Shown one piece after another: positions 39,424 through 51,011 of a stretch of DNA of 64,000 nt (position 1 is the stretch's first letter; the number at the start of each line of letters is the position of its first letter). Source of the stretch: Acholeplasmataceae bacterium (lineage in GTDB: Bacteria; Bacillota_I; Bacilli_A; Acholeplasmatales; Acholeplasmataceae); the NCBI GenBank assembly GCA_963675245.1, contig OY775910.1, positions 128,001 through 192,000 of the forward strand, in the 5' to 3' direction. The position numbers and the translations under genes are program-made. Below the pieces are notes generated by a model. That model worked only from the letters and a program-made list of their open reading frames with translations. It had not been told where the DNA came from and searched no databases.

Positions 39424-40308
39424 TCACTCCTTTTCTCCAAGGATTTTCCATGTTATTTTAGAAATGAAGTAAACCATCAGTAATAATATCACACTAATGG
39501 TTGCTGCATAACCCATAAGATAACGGATAAATCCAAAGTCTTCAATGTGGTTTACGATCAACTGCCCTGCATATTGCGGTGTTGGGTTAGAACCTGATAA
39601 AGAGACACCAATTGCGCCTGCCTGAAACGTGCCAACAACAGCCATAACAGCACCAAAGAGCATCTGTGGTTTCATAGAAGGAATCGTAATATAAAAGATT
39701 TCTTGTGTACGATTTCTAATTCCATCCACATATGCTGCTTCATATAAGGTTTGATCGATATTTAACACACCTGCTAACATCGCTAAAAAGCCTACACCCA
39801 TACTGCTCCATAAGCTAACAATAATCATAATTGTCATTAAGTAGTCAGGTGATTGTAAGTATTGAATGGGTTCTAATATGACACCCCAATTCATTAATAA
39901 ACTATTTAAATAACCTTGGGCATCACCAGAAAAGATGATACGCCACATAGATGCCATCGCTACCCCCATCGTTAGCGATGGTGAATATAAAATGATAGCG
40001 AGTATGGTTCTAGGTACCTTTGTTATTTGAGCTAGCATCCATGCTAATATAAATGATAAGAAATAGCCAATTGGACCAACGATCAATGCAAACTTAATCG
40101 TATTCGATAAAACGTATTGCATGAATACTGTATCCATAGTAATGAGTTCAATATAATTTGTAATCCCAATGAATGTTGGTGCTTGAATGGCATTAAAATA
40201 AGTGAATGATAAGGCGATTGCTGCTAAAACAGGAATCACAACGAATACGGCAAATAATGTCCAGTAAGGCACGATAAACCAAGCGGGATGGTTCATTTTT
40301 TTAATCAT
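39424..40308 (-). CDS. Carbohydrate ABC permease (MalF type)
   Basis: YEAAYVDG. Confidence 0.92.
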   Translation of the reverse strand: MIKKMNHPAWFIVPYWTLFAVFVVIPVLAAIALSFTYFNAIQAPTFIGITNYIELITMDTVFMQYVLSNTIKFALIVGPIGYFLSFILAWMLAQITKVPRTILAIILYSPSLTMGVAMASMWRIIFSGDAQGYLNSLLMNWGVILEPIQYLQSPDYLMTIMIIVSLWSSMGVGFLAMLAGVLNIDQTLYEAAYVDGIRNRTQEIFYITIPSMKPQMLFGAVMAVVGTFQAGAIGVSLSGSNPTPQYAGQLIVNHIEDFGFIRYLMGYAATISVILLLMVYFISKITWKILGEKE

Positions 40309-43300
40309 GAATCCACCTCCGTTAGCCATTCATCAATCGTATATATCGTCGGTACACGATATGGTTTGATAATCTCACCATTTTCAGTGTAACCAAATTC
40401 AGCCATTTTATATAGTATTTCTCTGTTTGCAATACGAACGGCTTCATCAAGCGCTTGTCTCGCATTAGTACCATCAAATACGATTGTTGTCCATGCATTT
40501 GAAATTTCACGTTCAACCATATATGATCCTGGAATTCGAGATGCTTCTATCGCATAATCCCATTGATTTAAAATAATGTTCTTATATTCATCTGCCATAG
40601 ATAATTGAGCAAATGCATCCACGTTTGCACTATTCCAAAAATATGCATTACCATAGGTTGATTGAAGTAAGAAGGCAAATTCTGCTTGAACGGCTGTCGA
40701 CATCCACCAAGATAAGAAATCCCATGATTCTTCAGGATAGTTAGTAGCACTCATAATCATCGATGATTGAGAACCAACTGCAGAATAACGAATGATTTCA
40801 TCTGATGCTTCATCATAGACACCAGGGTGTAAGTCCATCCCCCATAAACCATCTAATTCAACAGCTGCTGTTTCTAATAAAATATATGTTGATAAATCAG
40901 ATATGCCAATAGGAAGTAATCCATATCTAAAATGATTATAGAAACTACCAACATATTCAGGTAAGTTATAAAGTGTGTACAAATCCGACATGAGTTTAAT
41001 ACCTTCTAAAGTCGCTTCATTATTAATGGTTGTTGACATACCATTTTCAGTATATAAATCACCACCAAATTGATAAATGAATGGTAGTGTCGCAACAAAC
41101 GGTTTTAACCCTGTATATTGTGCTAGTGGAACGAAATAATTCATACCATAACTTTGCAAGAGTGGTAATATTTCAATGATTTCATCCCATGTTTGAGGAA
41201 TATGATCAACACCGATAGATGCTAAAATATCTTTTCTATAATAAGTTACCCAGAAGTTTTGTGTTTCCGGAATACCAAAAACACCATCTTCAAACACATA
41301 TGGTATCATCGCACCTTTTGAAAAATGACCGACGAGTTCTTCATAACCATCAAATTGTCTTAAATCTAGCGATGCAGAACGGACAGCGAAATCATAAGGT
41401 ATCCAGTGGTCTACACCAATCGCGATATCAGGTGATCTACCACTCGCATTCGCTAAAATAAGTTTATTTTGATCAGGCATTTGAGAAAGGGTTATTTTCT
41501 TATTACCTGTATAATTCTGATCGATAAGTTGTTGCATAATTTCAATGAACTGTCTTGGATGGTTAACCCAAACAACAAGCTCATCTTCTTCTCTTGCACT
41601 GACTTCATATGGGTTATTCACAAATGATAAAACAAGTCGCTTTACCCCTTCCCACATACGCACAAATATATTCGCATAGGGTTTAGTAAGTGCTTCATCA
41701 CCATGTAAAACCATACGTTCAAATTCCATATTAGATAACATTAAGTTTTGCATCAATTGTCCAAGTACTTGCGCCACCGATGAATCACCATCAGAAAATT
41801 GTACCATATTAGAAGGTAATTCATTGATGTTATTTGCGATTCGATTTAACCTGCTAGATGCGACACGTAAATTAGCAATTTCAGATGGTTCTTCACTATT
41901 TGTTAAACTTAAAAGTTTATCATGTGTTTCATCTAATAAAGCAGCCCAACTTAAAATATCTTCTTTAGCGTTTGGAAAATACGCTTCAATATCCCAATCT
42001 CTATAACGATCTGATCCACCGCTCGTATATCTTTTAACAGATAATGCGAGTGATTGAATTTCATTCATTACATATTGAATGCGTTCAATCGTTTCACGAT
42101 ATGCATAACTAACTGCTTCTAATGTGATGGTATGTGTTCCTTCACTTAAATATATTTTAAGGTTATTGCCATCTTCATCTGTTAATGTACGATTTAAAAA
42201 GTTATTTGTATATGGAAAAGCATACGCTTCTAAGTAATCAAAAGGTACACTACCATCAATCTCAATTTTTCTAAATACCGGCATATCTTTAATCATATAT
42301 TCACGATATTTAAAAGATAAATAATAAAAACCACTAGTTGGAACGTCGATAGTATAATCAATCGTTTGCCCAGCATTTTGCCATGAATCACCATAAATGA
42401 CATTAAGAACTAAGTGTTGTGTATCATAATATAGATTTGAGGGATCTTGTTCTGAACGTAGTCTTACAGAAGGGTCACTTCTCTTATCCATATCTCTTGC
42501 GGCAATCATGATTTCATCATTAACCACTGATCCACTGTGTGTATTTAAATATTCTTCATATGTCGGTATGTCATCTTCTAACACATAATACATTTGTCCA
42601 ATTAACAAATCTTGATTGACAAATGAAATATCAACAACATCTCCATTACTTAAATGGAACGTATAAAGACCTGTATGCATCCCACGATTATCATTAATAT
42701 CGTGTGTACGCCAATCAAACAATTTTTTTGATGTGGGTTGTATTTCATTTAGATATCTGTCCACCGTAAATTCATTTGTTTCAAAAGCCCATGATGATGG
42801 TAAAACTAATGTTTGACTTTCATAAAATGGGATTTCTCCATTAATACGAATACTAATTTGGGCAGGACTAATATTGTCTGATAATTCATAATAATCTATA
42901 GCAAATTGATATAATGCATTTGCCCCATCATGTGTAAAGCTTATGTGATGTGTGTCATCAAGTAACATCGCATTTGATGAATGACCTAAATATTCCTCAT
43001 ATGAATCGATATAAGGACCATATAAAGGATCATCACGATCAACGCTTTGACCCGTCATATCTTCGACACTAATCACTTTTTCAGCACTGTTTTTAATTAA
43101 CCCCATATCTTCATAAGATTGTAGAGCTGCTGTATATAGTGAAGATCCAAATGTATTTGTTAAATAAGTATTGGAGACATCACTCGCAAGTTCTTGTGCA
43201 TTAAAGAAATCATTTAACGTTGATTTCTTAAAAAAAGAAAGCCCGATTACTAGCACAAATAAAAGAATAAAAAACGCTAATAAATATTTCTTAACGCTAA

Positions 43301-43364
43301 TCATTTTTAAGATGCTAAATAAATTTGACATCGCTTTTTTTATATCACGAAATACTTTTTTCAT
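40305..43364 (-). CDS. Large extracellular solute-binding protein with N-terminal beta-sandwich domains
   Basis: N-terminal TM; C-terminal SBP motifs [26 protein letters not shown]. Confidence 0.85.
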   Translation of the reverse strand: MKKVFRDIKKAMSNLFSILKMISVKKYLLAFFILLFVLVIGLSFFKKSTLNDFFNAQELASDVSNTYLTNTFGSSLYTAALQSYEDMGLIKNSAEKVISVEDMTGQSVDRDDPLYGPYIDSYEEYLGHSSNAMLLDDTHHISFTHDGANALYQFAIDYYELSDNISPAQISIRINGEIPFYESQTLVLPSSWAFETNEFTVDRYLNEIQPTSKKLFDWRTHDINDNRGMHTGLYTFHLSNGDVVDISFVNQDLLIGQMYYVLEDDIPTYEEYLNTHSGSVVNDEIMIAARDMDKRSDPSVRLRSEQDPSNLYYDTQHLVLNVIYGDSWQNAGQTIDYTIDVPTSGFYYLSFKYREYMIKDMPVFRKIEIDGSVPFDYLEAYAFPYTNNFLNRTLTDEDGNNLKIYLSEGTHTITLEAVSYAYRETIERIQYVMNEIQSLALSVKRYTSGGSDRYRDWDIEAYFPNAKEDILSWAALLDETHDKLLSLTNSEEPSEIANLRVASSRLNRIANNINELPSNMVQFSDGDSSVAQVLGQLMQNLMLSNMEFERMVLHGDEALTKPYANIFVRMWEGVKRLVLSFVNNPYEVSAREEDELVVWVNHPRQFIEIMQQLIDQNYTGNKKITLSQMPDQNKLILANASGRSPDIAIGVDHWIPYDFAVRSASLDLRQFDGYEELVGHFSKGAMIPYVFEDGVFGIPETQNFWVTYYRKDILASIGVDHIPQTWDEIIEILPLLQSYGMNYFVPLAQYTGLKPFVATLPFIYQFGGDLYTENGMSTTINNEATLEGIKLMSDLYTLYNLPEYVGSFYNHFRYGLLPIGISDLSTYILLETAAVELDGLWGMDLHPGVYDEASDEIIRYSAVGSQSSMIMSATNYPEESWDFLSWWMSTAVQAEFAFLLQSTYGNAYFWNSANVDAFAQLSMADEYKNIILNQWDYAIEASRIPGSYMVEREISNAWTTIVFDGTNARQALDEAVRIANREILYKMAEFGYTENGEIIKPYRVPTIYTIDEWLTEVDS

Positions 43365-43378
43365 AATGCCTCCCAAAT

Positions 43379-43416
43379 GCGGATTGAAGAGGGGAATCTC
43401 TTCCCCTCTTAACCGC
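43379..43416 (-). terminator. Intergenic stem-loop after SBP gene (mRNA stabiliser/partial terminator)
   Basis: GCGG..AAGAGGGGAA/TTCCCCTCTT..CCGC. Confidence 0.65.
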
Positions 43417-43430
43417 TAAATCATTTAAAG

Positions 43431-44933
43431 TTATTCTTCGTCTTGTCCAAGTGTTGCAATTTGACCTTGAACAATTTCATTTGCTTTTGCTTGCCATTCA
43501 ACAGCGAAAGTAGCCACTGAGTTTGGTCCTGCTGCTAGAAGATCTTCCCAGCTATATGAATTGTTTTCAGGATCATTAACCCATGCCCAAAAATCTTTGT
43601 ATCCAGGTAACCACTTATCAAGGTCAGGTTTTGAATATGAAATACGATCAAATATATAATCAATACCTTCAATACCTTCAACTAGTGCGTCTACACGATC
43701 CCAAACGCCTGGATAATTAGCTACTGGGAAACGATCTAAGAATGGTGGAACGTCACCATCAGCAATCGCTTCTGCACGATCAGCTTCTAATAATGTGAGT
43801 CTAGCATCCCATCCTTCTGAACCGAAAGACATCCATTTAGCTAGTTCATAAGCCATTTCAGGATAATCTGTTTGACTAGATACACAGATATAATCAAGAA
43901 TCGTTGGTGGGAATAAACCTGCATCACCACTTGGATATGGCCAGAATCCAATATTTATATCGTTTTCTGCTGCATCATTAATAACCCAGAATTGCCAAGA
44001 TCCTTCAATATCCATTGCACCATAACCAGTTTGAATAAGATAATCGTATAAATAATCATAACGACCATCATAATTTTCTTCAGCTCTTGCTGCTTCAATC
44101 GCAGCAGGATACCTACCTGATAAGGTACCATCTGTTAATTGTTGTAACTTAACTTTTTCTTGCATGGCATAGATCCAGTCAGTTGAATTGTAATTAAATT
44201 GTGTGCCATCCCAAGTATCATACATGACTTCAGCATCATTCATCATTGGCCAAATTTGTTGGAAATCAGGTGTGCCATACCATGTATCTAGACCAATAAC
44301 TGTTTCAGCAGGCACATCTGGATTGAAATTTGTGATTGCTTTTGCAATATTGACAAATTCATCAAATGTCCAGTCTTTCACAGGATAACCATCATTGTCA
44401 ATTCTATATTCGCCTTCGACTGATGTTAAGTTAGCTGCTTCAAAGATATCTAAGTTAATCATAATACCTTTTAAGAATTGGAATGAAGGTAATGCAAGTC
44501 TTTTGCCATTGTATACAGCTGTTGCTGCAATATTATCATAGACTAAATCAGTATCTTCGTCTGCATCCCAATATTGAGCAGTATCTAGTGATAAACCACT
44601 ATTAACGACTGTTGGAACATTATCAGTCACATAAACGTCAGGTAAGATACCTGCTTGCGCAGCAAGTACTAGATTACCTGTAAATGCGTCACCTGAACCT
44701 TCAATATCTGTACGTAATGTCACTTCAACATTTGGATGTGCTTCTTCAAATAAATCGATCATACGTTGATTGAAAGAAGGATCACCCCAATCAGCATAAG
44801 ATAAGCTGATTGTACCTTGAGGATTTGGATCTGGATCTGGATCCGGATCTGGATCAGGTTCTTCTGTTCCTCCACAGGCAACTAGGCCTAATGTAAGGAG
44901 CAATACGAACATTGATAATAATATTTTTTTCAT
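43431..44933 (-). CDS. Sugar ABC substrate-binding lipoprotein
   Basis: LVAC lipobox, PD repeat linker, FEEAHPNVEV, WTFDEF. Confidence 0.9.
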   Translation of the reverse strand: MKKILLSMFVLLLTLGLVACGGTEEPDPDPDPDPDPNPQGTISLSYADWGDPSFNQRMIDLFEEAHPNVEVTLRTDIEGSGDAFTGNLVLAAQAGILPDVYVTDNVPTVVNSGLSLDTAQYWDADEDTDLVYDNIAATAVYNGKRLALPSFQFLKGIMINLDIFEAANLTSVEGEYRIDNDGYPVKDWTFDEFVNIAKAITNFNPDVPAETVIGLDTWYGTPDFQQIWPMMNDAEVMYDTWDGTQFNYNSTDWIYAMQEKVKLQQLTDGTLSGRYPAAIEAARAEENYDGRYDYLYDYLIQTGYGAMDIEGSWQFWVINDAAENDINIGFWPYPSGDAGLFPPTILDYICVSSQTDYPEMAYELAKWMSFGSEGWDARLTLLEADRAEAIADGDVPPFLDRFPVANYPGVWDRVDALVEGIEGIDYIFDRISYSKPDLDKWLPGYKDFWAWVNDPENNSYSWEDLLAAGPNSVATFAVEWQAKANEIVQGQIATLGQDEE

Positions 44934-44944
44934 CTATATCTCCT

Positions 44945-47893
44945 TTACTCTACAACTGCAGGGTTCATTAATCCATTAACGATGAAATCTGTATCAATAT
45001 ATGTTTCACCATCTGTATCAAGTTTTTGGAATGTAACATTATCAAGAACGAAGTAATCACCAGCTACTGCTGTGTTGAATAAACCACCTAATTCTAGTTT
45101 GAATTGTGATGCTTGTGTGTAATCACCTTCTGCATCTAATGTGACATCTACTGTGAATGTTTGCATTGCAGTTGTTGCTGCTAATGCTTCTGAATAGTAT
45201 TCTACCCAGTTACCAGTTGATCCACTTTCACCTAATAAGAATGTGAAATCACCTGCTATACTTGCTTTTGCATCAAATGTGATTCTATAAGTTGCACCTG
45301 CTTCAAGTTGGAAACTACCAATGTTATCAGCACCAGTGCCTAATGAGAATGCATCTTGAATTAATTGTAATGTCCATGGTTGATAGAAGTTAGCACTTTC
45401 GATCATGAGTACGAGTTCACCATTGACACCACTTAATGATGCTGCTGAACCTTCCCAATTATTGACAAATGTACGCCATTCTTCTACATTATATTCTATT
45501 CTATCAATATTTCCATTAACAATGAAATCTGTATCAATATATGTTTCACCATCTGTATCAAGTTTTTGGAATGTTACATTATCAAGAACGAAGTAATCAC
45601 CAGCTACTGCTGTGTTGAATAAACCACCTAATTCTAGTTTGAATTGTGATGCTTGTGTGTAATCACCTTCTGCATCTAATGTGACATCTACTGTGAATGT
45701 TTGCATTGCAGTTGTTGCTGCTAATGATTCTGAATAGTATTCTACCCAGTTACCAGTTGATCCACTTTCACCTAATAAGAATGTGAAATCACCTGCTATA
45801 CTTGCTTTTGCATCAAATGTGATTCTATAAGTTGCACCTGCTTCAAGTTGGAAACTACCAATGTTATCAGCACCAGTGCCTAATGAGAATGCATCTTGAA
45901 TTAATTGTAATGTCCATGGTTGATAGAAGTTAGCACTTTCGATCATGAGTACGAGTTCACCATTGACACCACTTAATGATGCTGCTGAACCTTCCCAATT
46001 ATTGACGAATGTACGCCATTCTTCTACATTATATTCGATTTTTGAAAAATCACCATCTACGATGAAATCTGTATCAATATATGTTTCACCATCTGTATCA
46101 AGTTTTTGGAATGTAACATTATCAAGTAAGAAGTAATCACCAGCTACTGCTGTGTTGAATAAACCACCTAATTCTAGTTTGAATTGTGATGCTTGTGTGT
46201 AATCACCTTCTGCATCTAATGTGACATCAACTGTGAATGTTTGCATTGCAGTTGTTGCTGCTAATGATTCTGAATAGTATTCTACCCAGTTACCAGTTGA
46301 TCCACTTTCACCTAATAAGAATGTGAAATCACCTGCTATACTTGCTTTTGCATCAAATGTGATTCTATAAGTTGCACCTGCTTCAAGTTGGAAACTACCA
46401 ATGTTATCAGCACCAGTGCCTAATGAGAATGCATCTTGAATTAATTGTAATGTCCATGGTTGATAGAAGTTAGCATTTTCGATCATAAGTACAAGTTGAC
46501 CATTTTGACCATATAATGTACCTGCAGAACCTTCCCAATTATTGATAAACATTCTCCAATTTGGAAGTGCATATGTATCTTGAGGTGCTTCAACAACAGA
46601 CAATGTTGTTGTTGTCATAGCGATATTACCCGCTTCATCTTCAACTGTATAAGTAATTGTATATGTACCTTCAACACTGGTATCAACAGCTGTAACAACT
46701 TGATCACTAGCATCTTTAATTTCAACAACAATACTATCTGTTAAATCACCGTCAACAGCATCTAATGCAGTTACGCCATCCAATGGATTATAAACAGTAT
46801 CAATATATACACGAGCAGTTTCATTTGCACCTGAGAAAATTGGTGCTGTTTCATCAGGGTCTGCAGTTGATACTTCAATAGTTATATCATCAAACCACAT
46901 AGTTGCATCTACACCATCTTCATTAGGGAAAGTACCTAATTCAAATAAAATACCACCACGGAAGTTTTCATCACCTTGATTCATCGTGAATTTATAAGAG
47001 TAAGTAGCCCATTCAGTAGTAATATCTTTTGTAATACTTAATCCTGGTTTGAAATCAGTAAACCAAGGAGCTACAGTTAAAATTTCACCGACTTGAAGGT
47101 TAATTGTCTTAGCAACACTAGATTTAGCTCTAAATGTGATTTCATACGTTGTGTCTTCAACGAATTCTACATTCATTTGCGTAAATCTTGGTGTCCAAAG
47201 GTTGGCACCTGCAACTACTTCAACTTTTAATGCTGGATTACCATCGAATTCTTCTGTCGATAGAACAATTGAAGAACCATCAGCACTAAATGTGTCCCAA
47301 CCAGCAATACCAGCTGAGAAATCAGCATTAACTAACATATCACCTTCTTGTTTTTCAAGAGATGCTACTGTAATTGTACGGAATTTTTGACCAAGAATTA
47401 ATGTGTCTATTTTAACTTCATATTGAATTGTCTTATTACCTGGTAAAGTTGTATCCAAATTATCATCTTCATCAACTGCTGAAATCGTTGAATATGTAAT
47501 GTAATCTGTATAGTCAATACCTGTTGAACCCGTAGCAGTTACGCCATCAAGGACGTTAAATGCGCCTTGAAAATCAACATCTTCATTATCCGCACCACTA
47601 AATGTTACGGCATCTTGCACCCATTTTGCATAAAGTGTAAGTTCAGCATCAACAGCATCAGATGTGAAGTTAAATTCATCACTTAACGCTTCATCTGCAT
47701 ACCATCCACTAAATACGTAACCTAATTTGGTAGGTTCTGTTGGTTCTGTAATCATTTCGCCACCTGTTACAGTCATTGAATCAACAGCACTACCACCATT
47801 CACATCAAATGTTATCGTAACTGTTCCTGTAGTACAAGCAGCAAGAGCTAAGATAAGACCTAATGTAACAATTAATCCTAATACTTTTTTCAT
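44945..47893 (-). CDS. Non-catalytic lipoprotein with InlB-B repeat, Ig-like and four CBM4-like modules
   Basis: LAAC lipobox; NADFSAG...YEITFRAKS; three 180-aa repeats with YRITFDAKAS and LDNVTF. Confidence 0.8.
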   Translation of the reverse strand: MKKVLGLIVTLGLILALAACTTGTVTITFDVNGGSAVDSMTVTGGEMITEPTEPTKLGYVFSGWYADEALSDEFNFTSDAVDAELTLYAKWVQDAVTFSGADNEDVDFQGAFNVLDGVTATGSTGIDYTDYITYSTISAVDEDDNLDTTLPGNKTIQYEVKIDTLILGQKFRTITVASLEKQEGDMLVNADFSAGIAGWDTFSADGSSIVLSTEEFDGNPALKVEVVAGANLWTPRFTQMNVEFVEDTTYEITFRAKSSVAKTINLQVGEILTVAPWFTDFKPGLSITKDITTEWATYSYKFTMNQGDENFRGGILFELGTFPNEDGVDATMWFDDITIEVSTADPDETAPIFSGANETARVYIDTVYNPLDGVTALDAVDGDLTDSIVVEIKDASDQVVTAVDTSVEGTYTITYTVEDEAGNIAMTTTTLSVVEAPQDTYALPNWRMFINNWEGSAGTLYGQNGQLVLMIENANFYQPWTLQLIQDAFSLGTGADNIGSFQLEAGATYRITFDAKASIAGDFTFLLGESGSTGNWVEYYSESLAATTAMQTFTVDVTLDAEGDYTQASQFKLELGGLFNTAVAGDYFLLDNVTFQKLDTDGETYIDTDFIVDGDFSKIEYNVEEWRTFVNNWEGSAASLSGVNGELVLMIESANFYQPWTLQLIQDAFSLGTGADNIGSFQLEAGATYRITFDAKASIAGDFTFLLGESGSTGNWVEYYSESLAATTAMQTFTVDVTLDAEGDYTQASQFKLELGGLFNTAVAGDYFVLDNVTFQKLDTDGETYIDTDFIVNGNIDRIEYNVEEWRTFVNNWEGSAASLSGVNGELVLMIESANFYQPWTLQLIQDAFSLGTGADNIGSFQLEAGATYRITFDAKASIAGDFTFLLGESGSTGNWVEYYSEALAATTAMQTFTVDVTLDAEGDYTQASQFKLELGGLFNTAVAGDYFVLDNVTFQKLDTDGETYIDTDFIVNGLMNPAVVE
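44981..46560. repeat. Three near-identical 540-bp tandem repeats
   Basis: Units start at about 44981, 45521 and 46061; few substitutions except at junctions. Confidence 0.95.
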
Positions 47894-50800
47894 CTAATAT
47901 TTTCCTCCTTATATAAATAAGCATTTATTTGTTTAACATTCCCTTTTCGAATGTCTGATGCCAAACTCCCTTGAATTTTTAAATCTCTTAATTCTTTTGT
48001 TTCATCTTGATAATGAAGTATATATTTATTCACTTTTACATCTGGATGATATGTATCCAATCCAGTGTCATTATGATAGATGACTTTAATATGACCAAAG
48101 AGTGTTGTCATAAACTCACCTTGATCAAAGAAATCATTTGCAAGACTTGGTTTTAATCTAAATGTAAGCTTGCCTTCCTCTAAACTAAATAGCTGATTAC
48201 CAAAGCTCATGAGTTGCCACATCGATAAGATTTCTGATGTTGATCCAGATAATCTAGATACAAAACCTTGACCATGTTTTTTTGGATCCGGATTGCCTGA
48301 TGTCGCAATAAACGACACATTTTCAGTCGGTGGTCTGCCATAGACATTCGCATCCATGAAACATACATAATTCGTTTTTATCTCTTCATAAAAGGCATCA
48401 TATTGTTTTGCTTTTAGTAATCCATATAAATATTTGTAGGTCATATGTAAGAAGTTAGATTCTCGTTCTAACCATCCCTTTGTAAATGCCTTAAGTCTGC
48501 CAATTTCAAATGGTTCATCATCTAATGACACACTGGTTTGATACATCATAAGTGATTGATCATATAACCCACTTTGTTTTACTTTCTTATAAAGTGACTG
48601 TGCTTTGTTTTGATCACTAATCTTTAATAATCTTGCAGGTCCTTCTAAGAAAGTCGGTAATGCACGGCGTTTAAATGATTTAATTCGTACAGTTGGTAAA
48701 CCATATTCACCTATCTGATTAGTTTCTTCAAATTGTTCTGCTTCATATGTGAGATAGGTTGGTACGATATCATCAATACTTTCTGCTTTTTTGATTGCTT
48801 CTTCTAATGTTGATTGCATGTGGTGCAGAATTCTTTGGTAATTCGAGATATCTTTAGTGACTAGTTTTAAATCATGTTGATAAATCTTGGATCGATACGT
48901 TTCTAAAACTGTCATTCTTTGTTGCCATAAGTCAAATGATTGACTACCAGTGACATTTAACAGGTCATTGACGAAATCATCGAATACCTTCATGACTTGA
49001 CACGGTTGGTCTTTTTGCTGTTCAAGTAAGAATGTGATGATTCTATATAGTTCGAACATTTCAGATACGCCAGATCCAAATAAACCTGGTAAACCGTTTG
49101 CTGCATCATTCCATCCTGGTTTGTTACCTTCATAAGATAATCCAATACCATCTGGATCAAGATGAGCAAATTTATTTGCTGCAAGTACTAATAATTTCAC
49201 ATAAACAGATGTCTGTATGACTTCTTTGCCATCAGATAACCAATTCGTTTGTGGTTTATCTGTGTGTTTGATGGCACCGTATTGTCTTACTTTGCCATCT
49301 TTTGTTAATACATATTTTTGATCTCTTGGGACTACTTCTACCGGAGAATCAAAATATTTAACTGGTGTATTGAATAGTAAATCATCCATCTTATCTGGGT
49401 AGATCCCATTATATTGTTCAAATAAATCTAAAAGATATGTGAAATGATCTTCCCAATAACCTTCACCAAATACGGCTTGATAATTTGGTTTACTTGCTTT
49501 GATAATGTCATCTAAATAGGTTTCAATGATGAGTCCTTCATCTTCAAGCACTCTAGCTAATTTGCCTGGAGTAAAAGGTTGTTTCAAGACATTTTCGATT
49601 GTTTTTGGTAATACAAGGTCACCTTCATAGCTGAATGTTAATCCTTCAATACCTAGTGGATTGTATCCGTCCGCTTGTATAAACGATGTAAACATTAAGA
49701 CGTTGAATGACCCAAGTTTAGGATTAAAGATTAAATCATTTCTCCTATTTTGTAAGACATCCCTGAAGTTCCCATTCCCTTGTGCATAATAATTAGGTTC
49801 AAGGGTGAAGAAATTGTAATCTCTTTCTAAGTCACCATGTTTTCTGGAATAGATATGATAACCCACCGTTCCTTCTTTTGAATTGAAAATCAGCGGTATA
49901 CCACCTCTTAAAACATTATCTAAATAACATTGTTTTAAGTATTGATCAAACATGGTTTTTGAACTCTTAGTTTCGATCACAGATGTAAGATGCTCATGTA
50001 AATCTTGATTATCTTTCTGTTTATCAAGCAATTTATCTTTTGAATATGTCTTTAAAATCTGTTTAAGTTTTTCTTCATCACCTGTATATCCGAATAATGA
50101 ACTAATGATTTCATAATCTTTAAGTACGAATTGATAGCCAGACATGGCACAAGGTACTTGATTGACAGGTACTTGATACATCTTAGAAAGGTCATCAAAT
50201 GTGTGATTGATAAAGCCATAAGGTGTTTCAAGTGTCGTGTCTTCTTCAAACAATAACTTATAATCATAAATGTAAACAGGTTGATGAGGACCAAATGATG
50301 TATAGAAATTACCATCAGTCACTTCTTTTACTTCAGCTTCATCATGCGTGGAAGCTCTTAAGCGATAAAATGTATATGCTTCATTGACGTTAACCTGCAT
50401 CCAAGATTGTAATAAATTTGAAATGGCTTTATAGCCGCCATAATCAATACCATATGGAAGAATTTGTGCTAATCCATCTACAAGTTCTATTTGCTTTTCA
50501 GTATGAGATAAGTTTTTAAGTTCAACTGTTCTAACTAGTGCTGCGAGTGCCTCATTTGGTAATGTATGATATGTCACTTTCAGCGAGATGTCTAGTTCTT
50601 TATTCACTTCTTCAATCGAGATACGATCAGGATAAACCGTTAACGATTGTTGTGCATTGTTCTCTCTAAAGAACTCATGCACATGACCATTAACCTTAAC
50701 TAATGTTCTAAATCCAAAGTTTGCTGTATATTGATAGGCTTTATTAGCAGGAAAGAATTCCATGATTGCACCATTTTTATCTCGTATACCAAATCCTGCA

Positions 50801-50922
50801 ATCAATTGACCTCTATTGACATAAAATGCCCATAGAGGAATTCCTTTCTTTCCTGCTATGCCGGAGAGAAAACTCGCAAAAGGTTTTTGTTTTTGATAAT
50901 CTTTTATATGAAAACCAGTCAT
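47890..50922 (-). CDS. beta-1,3-glucan phosphorylase, GH161-like
   Basis: FYVNRGQ, YSRKHGDLERDYN, QGNGNFRD, KPGWNDA, GWLERES. Confidence 0.8.
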   Translation of the reverse strand: MTGFHIKDYQKQKPFASFLSGIAGKKGIPLWAFYVNRGQLIAGFGIRDKNGAIMEFFPANKAYQYTANFGFRTLVKVNGHVHEFFRENNAQQSLTVYPDRISIEEVNKELDISLKVTYHTLPNEALAALVRTVELKNLSHTEKQIELVDGLAQILPYGIDYGGYKAISNLLQSWMQVNVNEAYTFYRLRASTHDEAEVKEVTDGNFYTSFGPHQPVYIYDYKLLFEEDTTLETPYGFINHTFDDLSKMYQVPVNQVPCAMSGYQFVLKDYEIISSLFGYTGDEEKLKQILKTYSKDKLLDKQKDNQDLHEHLTSVIETKSSKTMFDQYLKQCYLDNVLRGGIPLIFNSKEGTVGYHIYSRKHGDLERDYNFFTLEPNYYAQGNGNFRDVLQNRRNDLIFNPKLGSFNVLMFTSFIQADGYNPLGIEGLTFSYEGDLVLPKTIENVLKQPFTPGKLARVLEDEGLIIETYLDDIIKASKPNYQAVFGEGYWEDHFTYLLDLFEQYNGIYPDKMDDLLFNTPVKYFDSPVEVVPRDQKYVLTKDGKVRQYGAIKHTDKPQTNWLSDGKEVIQTSVYVKLLVLAANKFAHLDPDGIGLSYEGNKPGWNDAANGLPGLFGSGVSEMFELYRIITFLLEQQKDQPCQVMKVFDDFVNDLLNVTGSQSFDLWQQRMTVLETYRSKIYQHDLKLVTKDISNYQRILHHMQSTLEEAIKKAESIDDIVPTYLTYEAEQFEETNQIGEYGLPTVRIKSFKRRALPTFLEGPARLLKISDQNKAQSLYKKVKQSGLYDQSLMMYQTSVSLDDEPFEIGRLKAFTKGWLERESNFLHMTYKYLYGLLKAKQYDAFYEEIKTNYVCFMDANVYGRPPTENVSFIATSGNPDPKKHGQGFVSRLSGSTSEILSMWQLMSFGNQLFSLEEGKLTFRLKPSLANDFFDQGEFMTTLFGHIKVIYHNDTGLDTYHPDVKVNKYILHYQDETKELRDLKIQGSLASDIRKGNVKQINAYLYKEENIR

Positions 50923-50945
50923 ATCTTAACTCCTATAAATAATTT

Positions 50946-50961
50946 AGGAAATCGGTTTCTT
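50946..50961. promoter_or_regulatory. LacI-type operator
   Basis: AGGAAATCGGTTTCTT near-palindrome; twin at 55636. Confidence 0.7.
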
Positions 50962-50990
50962 CGATTTCGTATATATATCATAACATATTA

Positions 50991-51004
50991 TGTAACCGTT
51001 TACA
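50991..51004. promoter_or_regulatory. cre-like site
   Basis: TGTAACCGTTTACA fits TGWAANCGNTNWCA. Confidence 0.55.
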
Positions 51005-51011
51005 ACTTTTT

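Noticed and set aside
44981..46560. DGR template/variable repeats
   Set aside because: No reverse transcriptase; repeats are in-frame tandem domains without adenine-specific differences
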